Below, in pieces: positions 1-12,746 of a stretch of 64,000 nucleotides of DNA. The translations under genes and the position numbers were made by a program. Source of the DNA: the human T2T-CHM13v2.0 reference genome, Homo sapiens; NCBI RefSeq assembly GCF_009914755.1, contig NC_060933.1, one strand, 5' to 3'. Within the stretch, counting starts at the first letter, position 1. Every line of letters starts with the position of its first letter. Under the pieces are notes generated by a model. That model searched no databases and had not been told where the DNA came from. It was given only the letters and a program-made list of their open reading frames with translations.

Positions 1-544
1 GTATCTGCAGATTTTAGTATCTGCAGGTAGTCCTCAAAATATCACCCAAATCCTCTCAGTGGTAAGGTTACTTCAAACGTCTCTCCACAGATTTGGTCAG
101 TACCCATCTGGACTGAACTATGCATTGCATGTAGCCAAAGATCTGATCTGAATGGATTTCCATCATTATTAAGATGAGTTTTTCATCACAATGGCGTTAG
201 AACAGAAAACGATTTCTTCTACTCCTGTATTTCCTTATTCCAATCCATTATATAGACTGTTGTCAGCATAATCAAATAAGATCTTGGTAAAGAATTGACA
301 ATAGTCTCCTAATTCCTATAGAAAACTCTTGCTTTCCTTCCAAAAATCTTCATTTGGCCTAACTATCCACATTATCTTCACAAAGTAAATACCTTTATTT
401 AAATTCATCTAATTCTGTTGTGTAACAAACATGGCTCTCTTAGTCCCACTTCGTAGATTTTCTGAAACCTTCCCCCAAAATACATATTTTTTTCTTTAAT
501 ATCTAAAAATTCCATGCCTCTCCGAGTTTATGAAACAGAATTTC

Positions 545-645
545 GTCTTTGGAATCAGAGAGACCTTGGTTTGGATTCTATGTTTGCCTTAGTTTCCCCT
601 TCTATAAAATGAAGGTAACAATGCCACTCTGACAGAGTTGCTCTA
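545..645 (+). mobile_element. MIR SINE fragment
   Basis: ctttggaatcagagagaccttggtttggattct...ccttagtttcccct..tataaaatg resembles the MIR core; bounds approximate. Confidence 0.5.
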
Positions 646-1284
646 CATTGATTAGCTATAGGTCCTGGAATGTGACCTGTTACTGACGTCCTCCAATTTC
701 ATTCCAGAGAGATCCCCAGATAGGATAGAGCTTAAAAAAATAAGTATCCTCCTCAGGTCCCACTTCAGTACTGTTTGATCTTATCCAGCAGATCTCTACA
801 GTAATTATTATCTGTAGGAAAAATTTAACAGTTATATTCCATCTTATTCTGTTTATAGTAGTTTCTTATACCAATGTGTAAAATTCAAGTATTAACTTAA
901 ATACTATTCTACTGTATACAGGATATTTATTAATTTCTTCAGAAAAATTATGTGTTTTTTGAAGGCAGGGATCATCTCATATATTTTTTTCTTAGTATAG
1001 TACACATTACTAAGTACATGGTGGCTCTAGAGATTTTCAATGACTGACTAAATAAATGTTATCAAACTGGCTCTGTTTTATTCAGACACTCCAAAGACAG
1101 TCTAATGTTAGCATGGATGGCCTCCAAGAAGAGTCCCAATATAGATGTCTTGTGTATATTAAAAAAAATGTACACATATATACATATGAGGATTTTATGT
1201 CACTACATTATATTCTGGAATATGAGTGCTATAGTGAAGGTCTTTTGCTTTTTTTTTTTTTTTTGGGTAAATTTAAAGCATTGA

Positions 1285-1525
1285 TTGTGGTAGCAACATG
1301 GTCTAAAAAAGCATGGCTTTAGGAAGAGACTTGGATTCAAATTCCAATCCAGTTTTATAATTCCACTCACTGGCTGGGTGACTTCAGGTAAATTAGCCTC
1401 TCTGAGACCAATATTTTCCTCATTTAAAAAGGAAGTACATATACATGTGCCCTTATTTGTATAGTCCCAATAAGATGCCATGAGAAAGTACTTAGCAAGG
1501 TGTCTGGAAAGTAATAGGCATAGAG
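1285..1525 (+). mobile_element. MIR SINE
   Basis: ggattcaaattcc...ctggctgggtgacttcaggtaaattagcctctctgagacc...ttttcctcatttaaaaagg...gtacttagcaaggtgtctgg follows the MIR consensus order. Confidence 0.7.
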
Positions 1526-2575
1526 TCCAGGTTTGATTATGTTCTTCTTTCCATTTTCTTTAAACTACACCTAGTGAAGTGCAAGGATCAAAAGAAGTCA
1601 TCTGTATGAAAGCACTGTGAAAATGACAGGGTTCTGAACACCTGCGAGGCATTAGCATTGTTATGGTTGTAAGCAAGGATGATAAACTCGGAGAGGAACA
1701 CTGTGTTCTTCAGAGGGTCAGCCTCCCTACAAGGCTATCAGTAAAATTGCAGATCATCTTTCAGAAGATCCCTAGAATCAGAGCTTGCAGTGTTTCTGGG
1801 TAAGTCATGACCCATGGCTGACTGCCTATACCCTCACTCCAGAGGCCTCTTCTACCCCTAGAAAAAAATTCCAGAAGATAAATCACAAATGTCATAGTCA
1901 TCCTGTTATTCCTCAATATAAAGACAATACAGCCCTTTGTTTTCCCCATTTTTTTTTGCTTGCTCCTACTCCCTTATTTCCCCCTATTCCCCCTTGTCTT
2001 TGACTAGAATTCAAGAAACTATTGGTAAATGTTGATTTTCCTCTTCAATCCTTGGGGATGCTGGTCTACCAGAAGGGAGTCTAAAGACAAAATTCTCATT
2101 AAGTGACATTGTTATGCTTTCTGCTGTTGTCCTCAACTTCTCCCTCTTCTAAATTGTTATAATTAAGAGAGTGCCCACTAAATAATTTCCTTTTGTCAGA
2201 TGGATTATGTTTTATAATGGAGCCAAGTTCTATACTCATTACGAGTCCCGAGGCCAGTGCCAACAAAATGTCGCCACCTCTTCCCCGACAGCAGTAGAAA
2301 CAGCAAAGGAAGGTCACTTAATGACAATTTGGGAGGAAACCAGTGTAGCTTTCAGCCAATGGTCTCCTATTTTTGAATGTCAATAAGGTGTTCTTTTTCA
2401 TCTCAGAACCTCCATGGGTTCTTTATGCAGTAGGGATTTAGAAATGTGCTGGCATCAAAGTGTCTCGGAGCAACAAACAGCCAACAAATCTCAAACTAAA
2501 GTGATGTTGAATTGACCCACACAGACCTGAAAAATGTCCCACTCTGGGGATCCTGGTGGGTCAAGCTATCCGTCA

Positions 2576-2601
2576 TTCTCATGCTGTGTTCTCATGCTGT
2601 G
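2576..2601. repeat. 13-bp perfect tandem duplication (TTCTCATGCTGTG)x2
   Basis: Directly visible. Confidence 0.9.
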
Positions 2602-2640
2602 ATTGCACCTCTGGGTTGCTGTGGCCAAGCTCCCTAATGA

Positions 2641-2723
2641 AAAGGAAATGATCCCATCAATCGCCCAGATGTTTGGCAGGGGGTAGACTAAACATCTGGT
2701 TGATTGACTGAATGGTTTTCTCT
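2641..2723 (+). ncRNA. Candidate pri-miRNA-like hairpin / palindromic E-box element (unvalidated)
   Basis: 2657-2676 pairs with 2688-2707 (17 Watson-Crick, 2 G-U, 1 mismatch) around an 11-nt loop. The lower stem continues in register to 2641/2723. CNNC (CAGC) at 2725-2728. Confidence 0.3.
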
Positions 2724-3279
2724 CCAGCCAGATGTTTGATATCAACAAAGCACAGTGTGTGAGTAGATCCTTTCAAAGGTCATTCTCCTGAGGCCCCCAT
2801 CACTTCCAGTTTATAGGAAATTCTTCTCATCTATTAATATAATTTTTGATTCTCTGATGGGATCCTGCTTACTTTGCTTACTATATAATTTATTTTCATT
2901 TTTATCAACTACTCATCAACAACTTTCCAGCTCTGTTTGATTCCCTTTTCTACAAAGACACCCTTGGCAGATTTGCTAGTGGAGGTTGTAGTCATGCAAA
3001 AATGTACGAGCATGGGTAAAATGTTTAGATATATTTTCATAGCATAAAATATTATACAAATTATTCCTGCATTAGGTGTTCTTTGGATCACTGTTCAGGT
3101 AGCATATACCACTTATCAATACCACTAGGCATTCTGGAGGTAGATTTTGTCTTAACATCACATTACCCTTTCTACCATCTTTTCCTATTTAGCCAGGGAA
3201 TTCTGTGCCTGAAAGAGTCTCTTAGTAGCATTGAGTGAAGCACTTGGGATCTGAGACAGTACGAGATGGAACTGGTTAT

Positions 3280-3460
3280 GTGCTGTGGTGGAAAGAACAC
3301 TGAATTAGGAGTCAGGATTTGAGCCCTAGACCCACTTCATTCATTGACTCTCTAAGTGACCTGGGCATCATTTCAATTCTCTAGGCTTCCATTTTCTAAT
3401 TTGAAAAATGATAAATACAACTTAGCCTTTTAAGACTTATTCCAGCTCTAAGAATCTCTG
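3280..3460 (+). mobile_element. MIR/MIR3 SINE
   Basis: gtggtggaaagaacactgaattaggagtcagga...gtgacctgggcatcatttcaattctctaggcttccattttc...ttccagctctaagaatct. Confidence 0.7.
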
Positions 3461-5974
3461 ATTTGCTGAAACCCAGGAGGGTGATGGATGAGATATAATC
3501 AATGTCATGACACAAAGTTTGAAGTGTTGCTTAAGAACAAAATTTTATATAGGTACAATGAATTAGTAGTCCTATTTACTTCCAAATGTTCCTAGGGTGA
3601 GCAACATATTAAATATGATATTGCCATTAATAGTTTACTATTATAAAATTCACTAGAATGAAATTGTTTGGAAGTTTAATTCTTACAAAGAAACACAAAG
3701 AAATGTGATTTGAGAATGGATCTAAGGAAACAATTGAAAGGCTTACAATAGAAAAGATGGTGTTTATCTGTTGCCATAGAAGTGGGTATCTTAGTGACGG
3801 GCATTAAGTGGAGAAGGGTAAAAAGTTAGGAAGAGAATATAAAAAGTGGATAGAAGGGGCAGAGCAAAAACTAATGTAACAGTAGTGTCAAGAACAGGCT
3901 CTCTGTCTCTCTCTTAAATTCTGCTGGATCATAGCATCTCAGGGTCAGGAGAGTCAAAGACCATAAAAGATATGAGCATTAATTAGGCATAAAAATAGCT
4001 TAAATTAGCCATTGCTTCATCTTCTGAAACTGAAGATGACTGTGCATATCTCTGAACCAATAAAATGTATATTTTAAAAAGCCATATTTGTCAGACTAGA
4101 AGGTTTTAGAGAAAGTGAATAAATCTGTGGGTCTTGGTTTGTGGTGTTTTCCACATGAAATTTTTTGTATTTCTTAGTTTTTGTTAAGCATTGTGAAAGC
4201 ATTTTTACATTTGTGAAATGCTCAACGAATCATTCAGAAAGTAGGTAGTTATTGTCAGCATTAGTTTATTCTTAAGCAGCCAGAGATAAGAAAAAAAGTA
4301 AACTGCGGTCTTCCCGAAAATCGGATTGCAAAACTTAACCTCTATAGCACTAAAATATACTTAATAAAAATCACACTGCGAGCACTGGCCATGTTTTCCT
4401 TAACAAAACAAGTCTGTTTTTTTTTTTTTTTGTCTTAGTAGGAAGGTCTGGAGATTTTTCTTCAGTGAGCCTGGAATATTCTATTCAGTAGTCTTCTGGG
4501 ATTTTACATCTCTCTTCATCCAGCCCTTATTTCTCTAATTTCCTCCAGAAGTGGTAAGGGTCAGGGAGAAGGGAAAATAGCTAAAGTAAAATCGCCTTTT
4601 CTTTATCCAAACACTCTTTTTTCTCTTGGATATAATACCTTAGCTAAAGACCCAAACTTTTAAAAAGAGCTTCCAAGGGCGCATTTCATGAAGGCAGCCA
4701 GTGAGCGGGAAAGGATGGAGGGAGGATGTGGACGGTGTTCTCCATACCATCTCCTCTACGTGCAACATGTGTTGTGAGCTGCCCGGGCTAGGTTAAGGGG
4801 AGTTTTGCCTAAAGATGTGGAGTCAAAGTGACTTCTCAGAGGTCCCCCTGGTCTTCTGGTTCCACAGCAGTGCCCAAGAACTGTCCTAACATATGTGGCA
4901 TGAAAGTCCATATGGTTTCAATTTCCTTCACTGCATTACTGTTTTCGCTTTGTTTGTTCACAGACCTGCCTTTCTCAAAATTCCTGCTCTGCTGGCTCCT
5001 GCCACAGAGTTAGGGGTGGGGTAAGGTTAAAAAAACACTGAAGTGGAAGAGAGCTCAACCAGTTCATTTTGTATAATAAAATCCATTCCGTTGTGGTCCT
5101 GATTTCGTCAAGCAATCCAAGTCAACATCGGACATTAATGAGAGAAGGTTTCCAATTAGATACAGTCTGACACTGGCCCTGCTTCTCAGTCACCTTCAAT
5201 TGTCACTGATAAAAAAAGGACAGTTCAATAAGATATGGATCATTCACTCCAAGTCTCCACAACTCATTTATGACAACTACAACTAACAGAGCATGGGGAA
5301 ACTGCAGAATTGTTTTTCATTATCCTGGCACATTGGCTTCTGACTACAGCTGTAATGATCTTCAGTGGTTTTCCATACTGCAAATTTTTAATGAGTGATC
5401 TCAGATGTGATGGCAACCAGAATTCCTACTGAGAATCTCAGTTATCCTTTTGTTTTTGAAAGAACAAATGAGTCTCCAAAGGAAGAGACAGAGAAAAAAG
5501 ATTTAAAATGAAAAAGTGATTTGTTTTCGTAAATGGAATGGGTTCTGGTGGGAGATAAGGTGGCATTCCAGCAGTATTTGGGGAGGAAGAAATTGGAGGG
5601 ACCGGGCTCTGGAGTGTTAACCCACTGAGAACCCTGGAGGTGGCCATATACCCAAATGGTCTAGAGTCATGGGATAAACCGGAGTTTCAGGATGGCTAGT
5701 GCCAAAGTCTACATTATTCTCATAGGGTAAGCAGGGCCCAACCACTACAATTTCTGGAAAGTAATGATATTTCAAAACAGGTTTATGTCAATATTCCAGG
5801 TTCAGGTTCAGCCAGACTCCCTCTGGTGGGTAAAGATATGGGGCCAAAAAATAAATCCCTAAGATCTGGACATGCAAAGATTAGGATAATCAAGCCTCGG
5901 CCAATCAAGTAGGCTGCAGTTCATTTAACACATTTATTTATTGAATGAATAAATTAATGGAGTTTCACAGAAGG

Positions 5975-6070
5975 GTTTCATTTATTCATTTAATCAATAT
6001 TTATTGAACATTCTATGCCAGATATGGTGTTCATAGATACTGGTGATGAGCTGTAGACACTATCCCTGGG
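5975..6070 (-). mobile_element. L2 3' end fragment
   Basis: tttattcatttaatcaatatttattgaacattctatgccag is the reverse complement of the L2 terminus. Confidence 0.6.
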
Positions 6071-6989
6071 AAGGGAATAGTGTGTAGGACAGCCAGAGTC
6101 TGAGCTCTAGGCAAGGCAGAGAGGTGCCTTTGAAGCTGAGGGCATGCAGAGGCTTCAGTAGACTTAACCATTTTTTTTCTCATCACTTAGCAGGTATCTT
6201 GTCTTTTCTTAGGGCTGTTATTTTTATTACCACAATTATTACATCAGCTACATCTCAATATCAAACCTCATGGGGACTAGGATGCAGGGCAGGGCAATAG
6301 CTGACCAAGGAAACATAATTCAGAAGGGCATGGGTGTTGAGAATAAGACAAGGTAGGCCCAGCCCAGAAAGGCATCTCAGATACTGAGAGGCATGGCAAA
6401 GCTATAAACCTGGAACCCAGGCTAACAACCTAGGCCACGTATGTAAAATACCAGCAACAAGGAGAAAAGCATAGGATCCAACCTTTGCATCCGCCAGCAT
6501 GCTTCTTATATGTCCTTTGCTGGTGCAAGAGATAGTCCTGCCTAATTCTTCATGTGGGAACAGGCAGGTGGGTGAAGCCAGGTCAATACACATCTATTCT
6601 GCTATGCTATTATGCTATGTCTCGTTTATTTTTGAGGCAGTTTTGTAAAGTCAATTCTGATTTGCTCCATTTGGTGGAGTTTGTAAGCTCATCTCTAGTG
6701 CTCTGCCTTGAACAGAGGAGTTCACACTACTCTTACTACACAAAGCTCCACAGCCTCAGTCTTCAAAATGAATGATAATCCAATGTTGTATGGTTCCAGG
6801 ATTATAAAAATAAGAGATAAAAACCACCTTTGAGGGCATGTGCTCAGCCCCTGTGTCTCCTTGGGACATGGCTTCCATGTTATTGGCTTACGGATTTTGG
6901 TCCAATCAGAGTTTAAATGTCCCAAATGCCAGACTCCACCTCTGGACTTAGAAGACAAATATAGAAAAGAAATCTCATTTTAACTATTT

Positions 6990-8270
6990 CTTTATGTTCA
7001 ACTTTTATTTTTCCCTTTCTTCATTGGGTTTCATTAATCCTAATGGTATTGGCTTTCCCCTCTTGCTTTTAAAATATTTTTGCATCCTCTACAGCATTTG
7101 TACCCTTCAGATATTTATAGACTTCCTTGTCTTTCCTTAGTTATTAGTCAAGTCATGCATATTTAGCACTTTTAATCTCCCAGTCTCTCTTCATAAATCA
7201 ATGCCCATATTGCTGGTGTCACTTTTGCCCCTCTGCCTATTTGATCTATATCTTTCTGATTCCGAGTGTTCACTACGTTCATTTATTCCATTGCAAGTGT
7301 CATTATTATTGCAAATACCTTAGTGAAAATCTTTCTCATCTAACTCTAAAAACAGCTCTGGACTCTTCCTCCCAGATTTCATAACCTGGCCTATTTTAAT
7401 CATCCTCTCCTTTCAAGAACATCTAGAAGGCAACAGTTTGTTGAAAAGATTGATGGACTAGGCTTTGGGTTCGAGTGCTTGCTTTATCACTAATTAAATT
7501 CTCTGGAGAAAGTCACTTTCTCTCTCTAAGCCTCAGTTTCCTAATATGTAAAAGAGGGAATTAGATTAGATATCGCTAAAGAATCATTGAGTTCTGAAAT
7601 TGTATGATGGTCCTGGATTCATGAATTGAATAGCTTTGTAGAAATTACTTTCCTGTTGAACTTCTAATTTTCTCTTCTAATGGGAATTATGATTCCTTTC
7701 TTGTTCACCTCATTGAGTCCTTGTGAGGATCAAATGAAACTATATATGTGAAAGAGCTTTTAAAATTTTAAAGTGCTATGCAGACAGAAGGCTTTACTAT
7801 TATTACAATGATAATTACAAGTGTCACTTCTATTTCTACCATCCCAAGCTCTCTGATATCCAGTTCTTGGCTCTTAGGCTGAAAGTCATTCTTTGTGTTA
7901 CTGGTGGCTCTTTCCAGGCTCCTGTTTCATGGGGTAGCTTTATATAATATTAAACTCTTCCAGGCATGGAATAGTTTTGTGACTTGTTTATTTATTGTTG
8001 ATAGCAAATATGCTTTCATTTTCCCAGCCTGTGTATCTTGATTTTATGACCAAGTTTATTTCACTTTATCTGATTGCTAGTATTTTAGATTATTGGTCCT
8101 AGGGAAATATCTTGCACTTCCTTCCTAACTTAGACCTCCGTATATCTTTGTCAGTCTGCCTTATTTATGTATCCTCAGTGGTGTTTCTACATCCTCCTAA
8201 AAATATCAACTGAAAATTTCATTAATGTGCTATTCACTCCTTCTTCAAGATCACTAATAGAATTGATTAA
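6990..8270 (-). mobile_element. CR1/L3 LINE fossil (RT region to 3' end), interrupted by MIRs
   Basis: Reverse strand of 8202-8270 translates LINSISDLEEGVNSTLMKFSVDI, close to the CR1 RT motif LFNIFINDLEEGxxSTLxKFADDT. It is followed by LGG..NT.ED and KCK-like remnants. Extension to ~6990 is less certain. Confidence 0.6.
7430..7805 (+). mobile_element. Two MIR fragments (~7430-7605, ~7675-7805)
   Basis: tgggttcgagtgctt...ctctctaagcctcagtttcctaatatgtaaaa; tgtgaggatcaaatgaaactatatatgtgaaagagcttt. Confidence 0.65.
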
Positions 8271-9039
8271 CTGGTTAGGAAAAAATGAAAATTCTGAAGG
8301 TTAAAAAAATCCAGGAATACTAGTCGGAATGAGAGTGCACTAAGTAGTGCTTTCAAAAAAAATCAGTTCATTAAGCTGAGAAGGTAGCATACTAAAGTAG
8401 AAAAATCAAAGTAGGATTAAATTTTAGATCTTCCAGTTCCAAATCTGATAATGTTGCTTTGTTGCCACATCATATTCTTAATTATGCTTCCAGTTTGCAC
8501 CTCTGTGACATTATTCTTAATTGTCTTTGGCAGCCTTTAAACAGCGGACTATTCCAGGGAATCTTGCATGTGAAAACTAAGCTTCCTTGGGTCAGCACTG
8601 TTTTAATTGAAAAGGAATAATGGCAGATTCTCTGGCAAGGCAGTAAGTCTAGAGAAGGATCTCTCTTGGATGGGAGATTTTTCTCAATCCCTCAAATAAT
8701 GTTCACAAGACAATCCCCATTACATTTATCCGTCAATAAGACTGGACTTGACAGTGGTGCTTATTAAATGAGGGCTTCTCCAGAGGTGACACTGCCTGAA
8801 GTTATTAGCAGCAATCACTAGAAGAGTATTACATGCATTTATTGACACCTCTTCTGCACTATTATCATTTGTTTAATATATTTTGTAGAAAAAAAGTATT
8901 ACCCCATTTATATGTGTCTTTAGTGAGAATCCAGGTTTAGGGAAAAAAAAGGAAAAAAGAAAATGCATTATACTACTAAGGGATTAGAACTTTGAAAAAT
9001 GTATTCCATGTAAATCTCGAGTCTTAGAAATTCTGGTTT

Positions 9040-9200
9040 CTTCTATTTCCCTATTTACTTACTGGGTTACCTTGGACAAGCCATACAACTATCTTGAAGT
9101 TCAGCTCTTTGTGCAAAATGGAATAATGACACTTGCTTGAACTGCAGTGTAGCATTATGATTAAGATTAGATGAAATTTTTGTAAAATACTAAACCAGTG
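9040..9200 (+). mobile_element. MIR fragment
   Basis: ttacttactgggttaccttggacaag...tgcaaaatggaataatgac...aagattagatga. Confidence 0.55.
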
Positions 9201-9719
9201 TGATTACCATTATAGTTATTTGTGCTTAGAAAGTTATGAGCAAGAGTTAGCTTAGTAGGCTGCCAATTAAACAGGAAAATATACCAAAATATCATGGCTA
9301 GTATGTACATTTAGACCACAAAGATAGGTGAATTTTTAGTTTTGGTGATCAATAACTCAGAGTTGAAGAGACTTACTAGGAAAGCTGGGAACCCCAAAGT
9401 AACTCTTAGGGCCAGCAACTCGATTTAAATTATTTGATACAATGAAGTATATCAATGATAAGTTTATTCCAGGAACTTTCACTCAAGATATGTTTTCATA
9501 CTATTAATAGATATGAGTTAAAACAGTTCTTTAAATGGTGATTGGTAATAGATAATAGTGGCACTCTAGCTGGCAAAATAGCAGTTGTGTGTAAGTATTG
9601 AAGGTCATTAAATTTTGCTCAAATAGGCTGTCAGTATCCACATATGCTATTAAAGTAATAAATAGTAGTTTACCTTTGATCACTTTATGGGCTTTTTGCT
9701 AATTGCTTTGCTGCAATAA

Positions 9720-9900
9720 ATCATTTTATTCACACAATAATCCTATGATCGATCCTCTGTCATAACCCCATGTTTTTAAAAAAAGAGAATGGAGGCACAG
9801 AGAGGCTAAGTAACGCACTCAAGGTCACACAGGTATTAAGTTGTACAGCCAGGATTTGCTCCCAAGGCAGACCAACCATACAGCCCATACTCTTTACTAC
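9720..9900 (-). mobile_element. MIR SINE
   Basis: gaggcacagagaggctaagtaacgcactcaaggtcacacag...gccaggatttg is the reverse MIR core. Confidence 0.75.
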
Positions 9901-9902
9901 TA

Positions 9903-10056
9903 CAGTGATACCTTTGAGTTTTGTGGATCCTTAAGCTTATACAATTGGAGAACCCTCTTTGAAAAAAAATACAAAAATTATTAACACAGAAATGCTAAGA
10001 CCCTTCCCATGGTCTTGGAAACATAAGCTTCATTAGATTCGGAGTCAATCTACCTG
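9903..10056 (+). mobile_element. MER53-like hAT MITE
   Basis: ttttgtggatccttaagcttatacaattgg..ccctctttgaaaaaaaatacaaaa...aagcttcattag..tc...aatctacctg matches the recalled MER53 consensus. Confidence 0.65.
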
Positions 10057-10372
10057 TTTCGATGATACGTATCACTTTGACTGAGTTAAACTTTTGGAGA
10101 AATAATAATGACATCATTCGCTTTACTGAACCACATGCTTTTCTACATGTGGGTGGTTAATAATTGAGATTCCATGTCATAATTGTTAGTATCTGAGATT
10201 TCATGTTATAATGCAGAAAGCTGCTACTATCTAATTAGTGGCAGTTACTGAAATCACAGCTTGGTCCTAGAAGGAAGTAAATAACTTTAAAAGTGCGTGT
10301 TTTGCAGATCACAGAAGAATTAAGTAGAAACCTTATCGAGTGATTTGGGGATGAAAAATATGAAACCTAAAG

Positions 10373-10620
10373 AGGAGGCAGTATAGGGAACTGGTACAAC
10401 CATGGATCTTTGACTCCCATCCATCTAGATTGTGGAATCATAGAGCTAAAGTTCTACCTCTATTTCTGTGACTTTGTGCAGGTTTTCTGACCTCTCTCCC
10501 AATTTTCTTATTTGTAAGATGGTAATGATAAATGCCCATTTTAAAAGGAAGTAAGGATGAAATGAGATAATGAATAAAGAATTCTTACCATAACAATCTG
10601 GCAGATGATAACAGATATAT
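10373..10620 (+). mobile_element. MIR SINE
   Basis: aggaggcagtatagg...tgtgactttgtgcagg...ttttcttatttgtaagatggtaatgata...aggatgaaatgagataatg. Confidence 0.65.
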
Positions 10621-11884
10621 ATATAGAAGTAGTAATAATTGTTAATATAATTTAATTTGTTATAAGATTTGATTCCTGATCAAATAGCTTTTTGAATCCT
10701 TTAAACTGTTTCTTTCCCAAAAGAAATGCAATGATGGAAATGACACAATCATGATTTCCAGAAATTCAGGCATTTCCAGGAGACAGGTGGTAAATGGGAA
10801 CACAATGTCCGCTCTTGGAGTTCCTTAAGTGAATAGCTAAGCTCTTTAAGAGTGGGCCTATATGGCTTAATGAGGTGTTACCTTTAACTAGCAAGGCTTT
10901 TGGTAAAAATTTAGTCCCCATACAGTTCCAGCACTTCTTGGGAACTGGAACTTATTGGTCCCAGAGGGAGAAACTTCCGTGGGAAATTCTATATTCAGAG
11001 TCCTGGACCACCCTCTGTTTTTCTTTCATTCTCACTACTGAATACACATGTCAGTAAAGCCTGATTAGAAAGCAAATAGAGTGTTTCTTGCAAGTTTTGC
11101 TGGACTGGTCTTGCAAAGCTCTGGATGAACTCCTACCATGCATCTGGCATTAAGCTGGGGTTGCTGACGACATCATTTTTGTCATTTTCATAGATGACAT
11201 CCGTAAAAGAACTGAAATACACAGTCTCTCAGTCATTTTTCTCAGTGACCCAAATAAATTACATTTTAATAGTGGAACTTTTACACTTAACCTCTTTGAG
11301 CCTAATTTTTTTCTCTTAAAGGGAGAAATGATTCCTACCTCACAGGGTGGTGGTATTTAACTAGATAGCATGGTATCTAACACATAAGAGGTTTCAATAT
11401 ATGCTAATTCTTATTATTATGTTTTCTGTCTTCTATAGCATTTTGTGATTCACAGATATCTTTCATAACATAAACTTAGTGGTTAAGTAAGTTTGAGGTG
11501 TGTTTGTTTTGTATTTGTAATATATGCTAACATGCATTGTTACACTTCAAGAGCGAAGTATAACATGGTGAGTTTCCCAAATTTAATTGCTAGGAAAAGT
11601 TTCCACAGAAGAGAGAAATGTTTTGCAGAGCACAATCTGAGAAATGCCGTATCTTATGCAGAACATTCTTCAAGAAGAGAGAAAGACCTCTGAACTCAAA
11701 GCTCTGACTCTTTATGGAGATTCTTAGAAATTAGGCAGTAATCCTAGCAAAAGAAGTGGGATATATAGAAATGACGGATGAGTCAGAAGTTTGTATTTTA
11801 TGATCACAGCTTCATTTTTGGAGAAATTGGATTAATTTTATAGAAGTATATCTCTTTATTACCACTTCCTAAACAAAGAATTTC

Positions 11885-12323
11885 TGTGTCAGGAAAGAGG
11901 AGCTGAACACCAAAATTGGGGTTCCCTTTTCCAGGGCAGAGTTGTTACTAGGAAGAGGCTGCTCAGCTAGGCCTGCACTTCCTAGCTGCTTGCTTCTGGG
12001 TGTGGCCATGTGACTAGTACTAACCCACGGAATTGGAACAGAAATTATGTGTGCCATTCTGGGGCAAGGTTTTTAAGCAGCAAGTGTGCTGCCTTCAGGT
12101 TTTCTTTCCCTCCCAACTGGATAGATGAAGAAGATGCTCTAGCCTCTGTTGGTGGTGCCACAAGATGGAAGCCTGGGTCTCTAAACCATCACCCAGAGCA
12201 AAGCAATGTCTGGGAAGTACATTTGCAATGGGCTATCACACAGTGAGAGAGAAAACTCTGCTGTGAGGAGACACTTACTTGGGATATACTTGTTAGGGCA
12301 GCTGGGATTCACTAACTAATGCA
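11885..12323 (+). mobile_element. MLT1J-like MaLR solo LTR
   Basis: tgtggccatgtgactagt...agaaattatgtgtgccattctggggc...gccacaagatggaagcctgggtctctaaacc...actaatgca terminus. Confidence 0.7.
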
Positions 12324-12377
12324 GCCTCATCCTCCTTTTCTTTTTTTCCAGAAATATATTCTTCCTTGAAAGAGTAC

Positions 12378-12746
<369 letters not shown>

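Noticed and set aside
230-290. Minus-strand YADN resembling an RT YADD motif (also VADDII near 11160)
   Set aside because: Too short and without flanking RT motifs; could be an ancient LINE but not supportable
1714-1806. Possible small exon ending TGG|GTAAGT
   Set aside because: Good donor, but upstream acceptors are weak and ambiguous, with no recognisable reading frame
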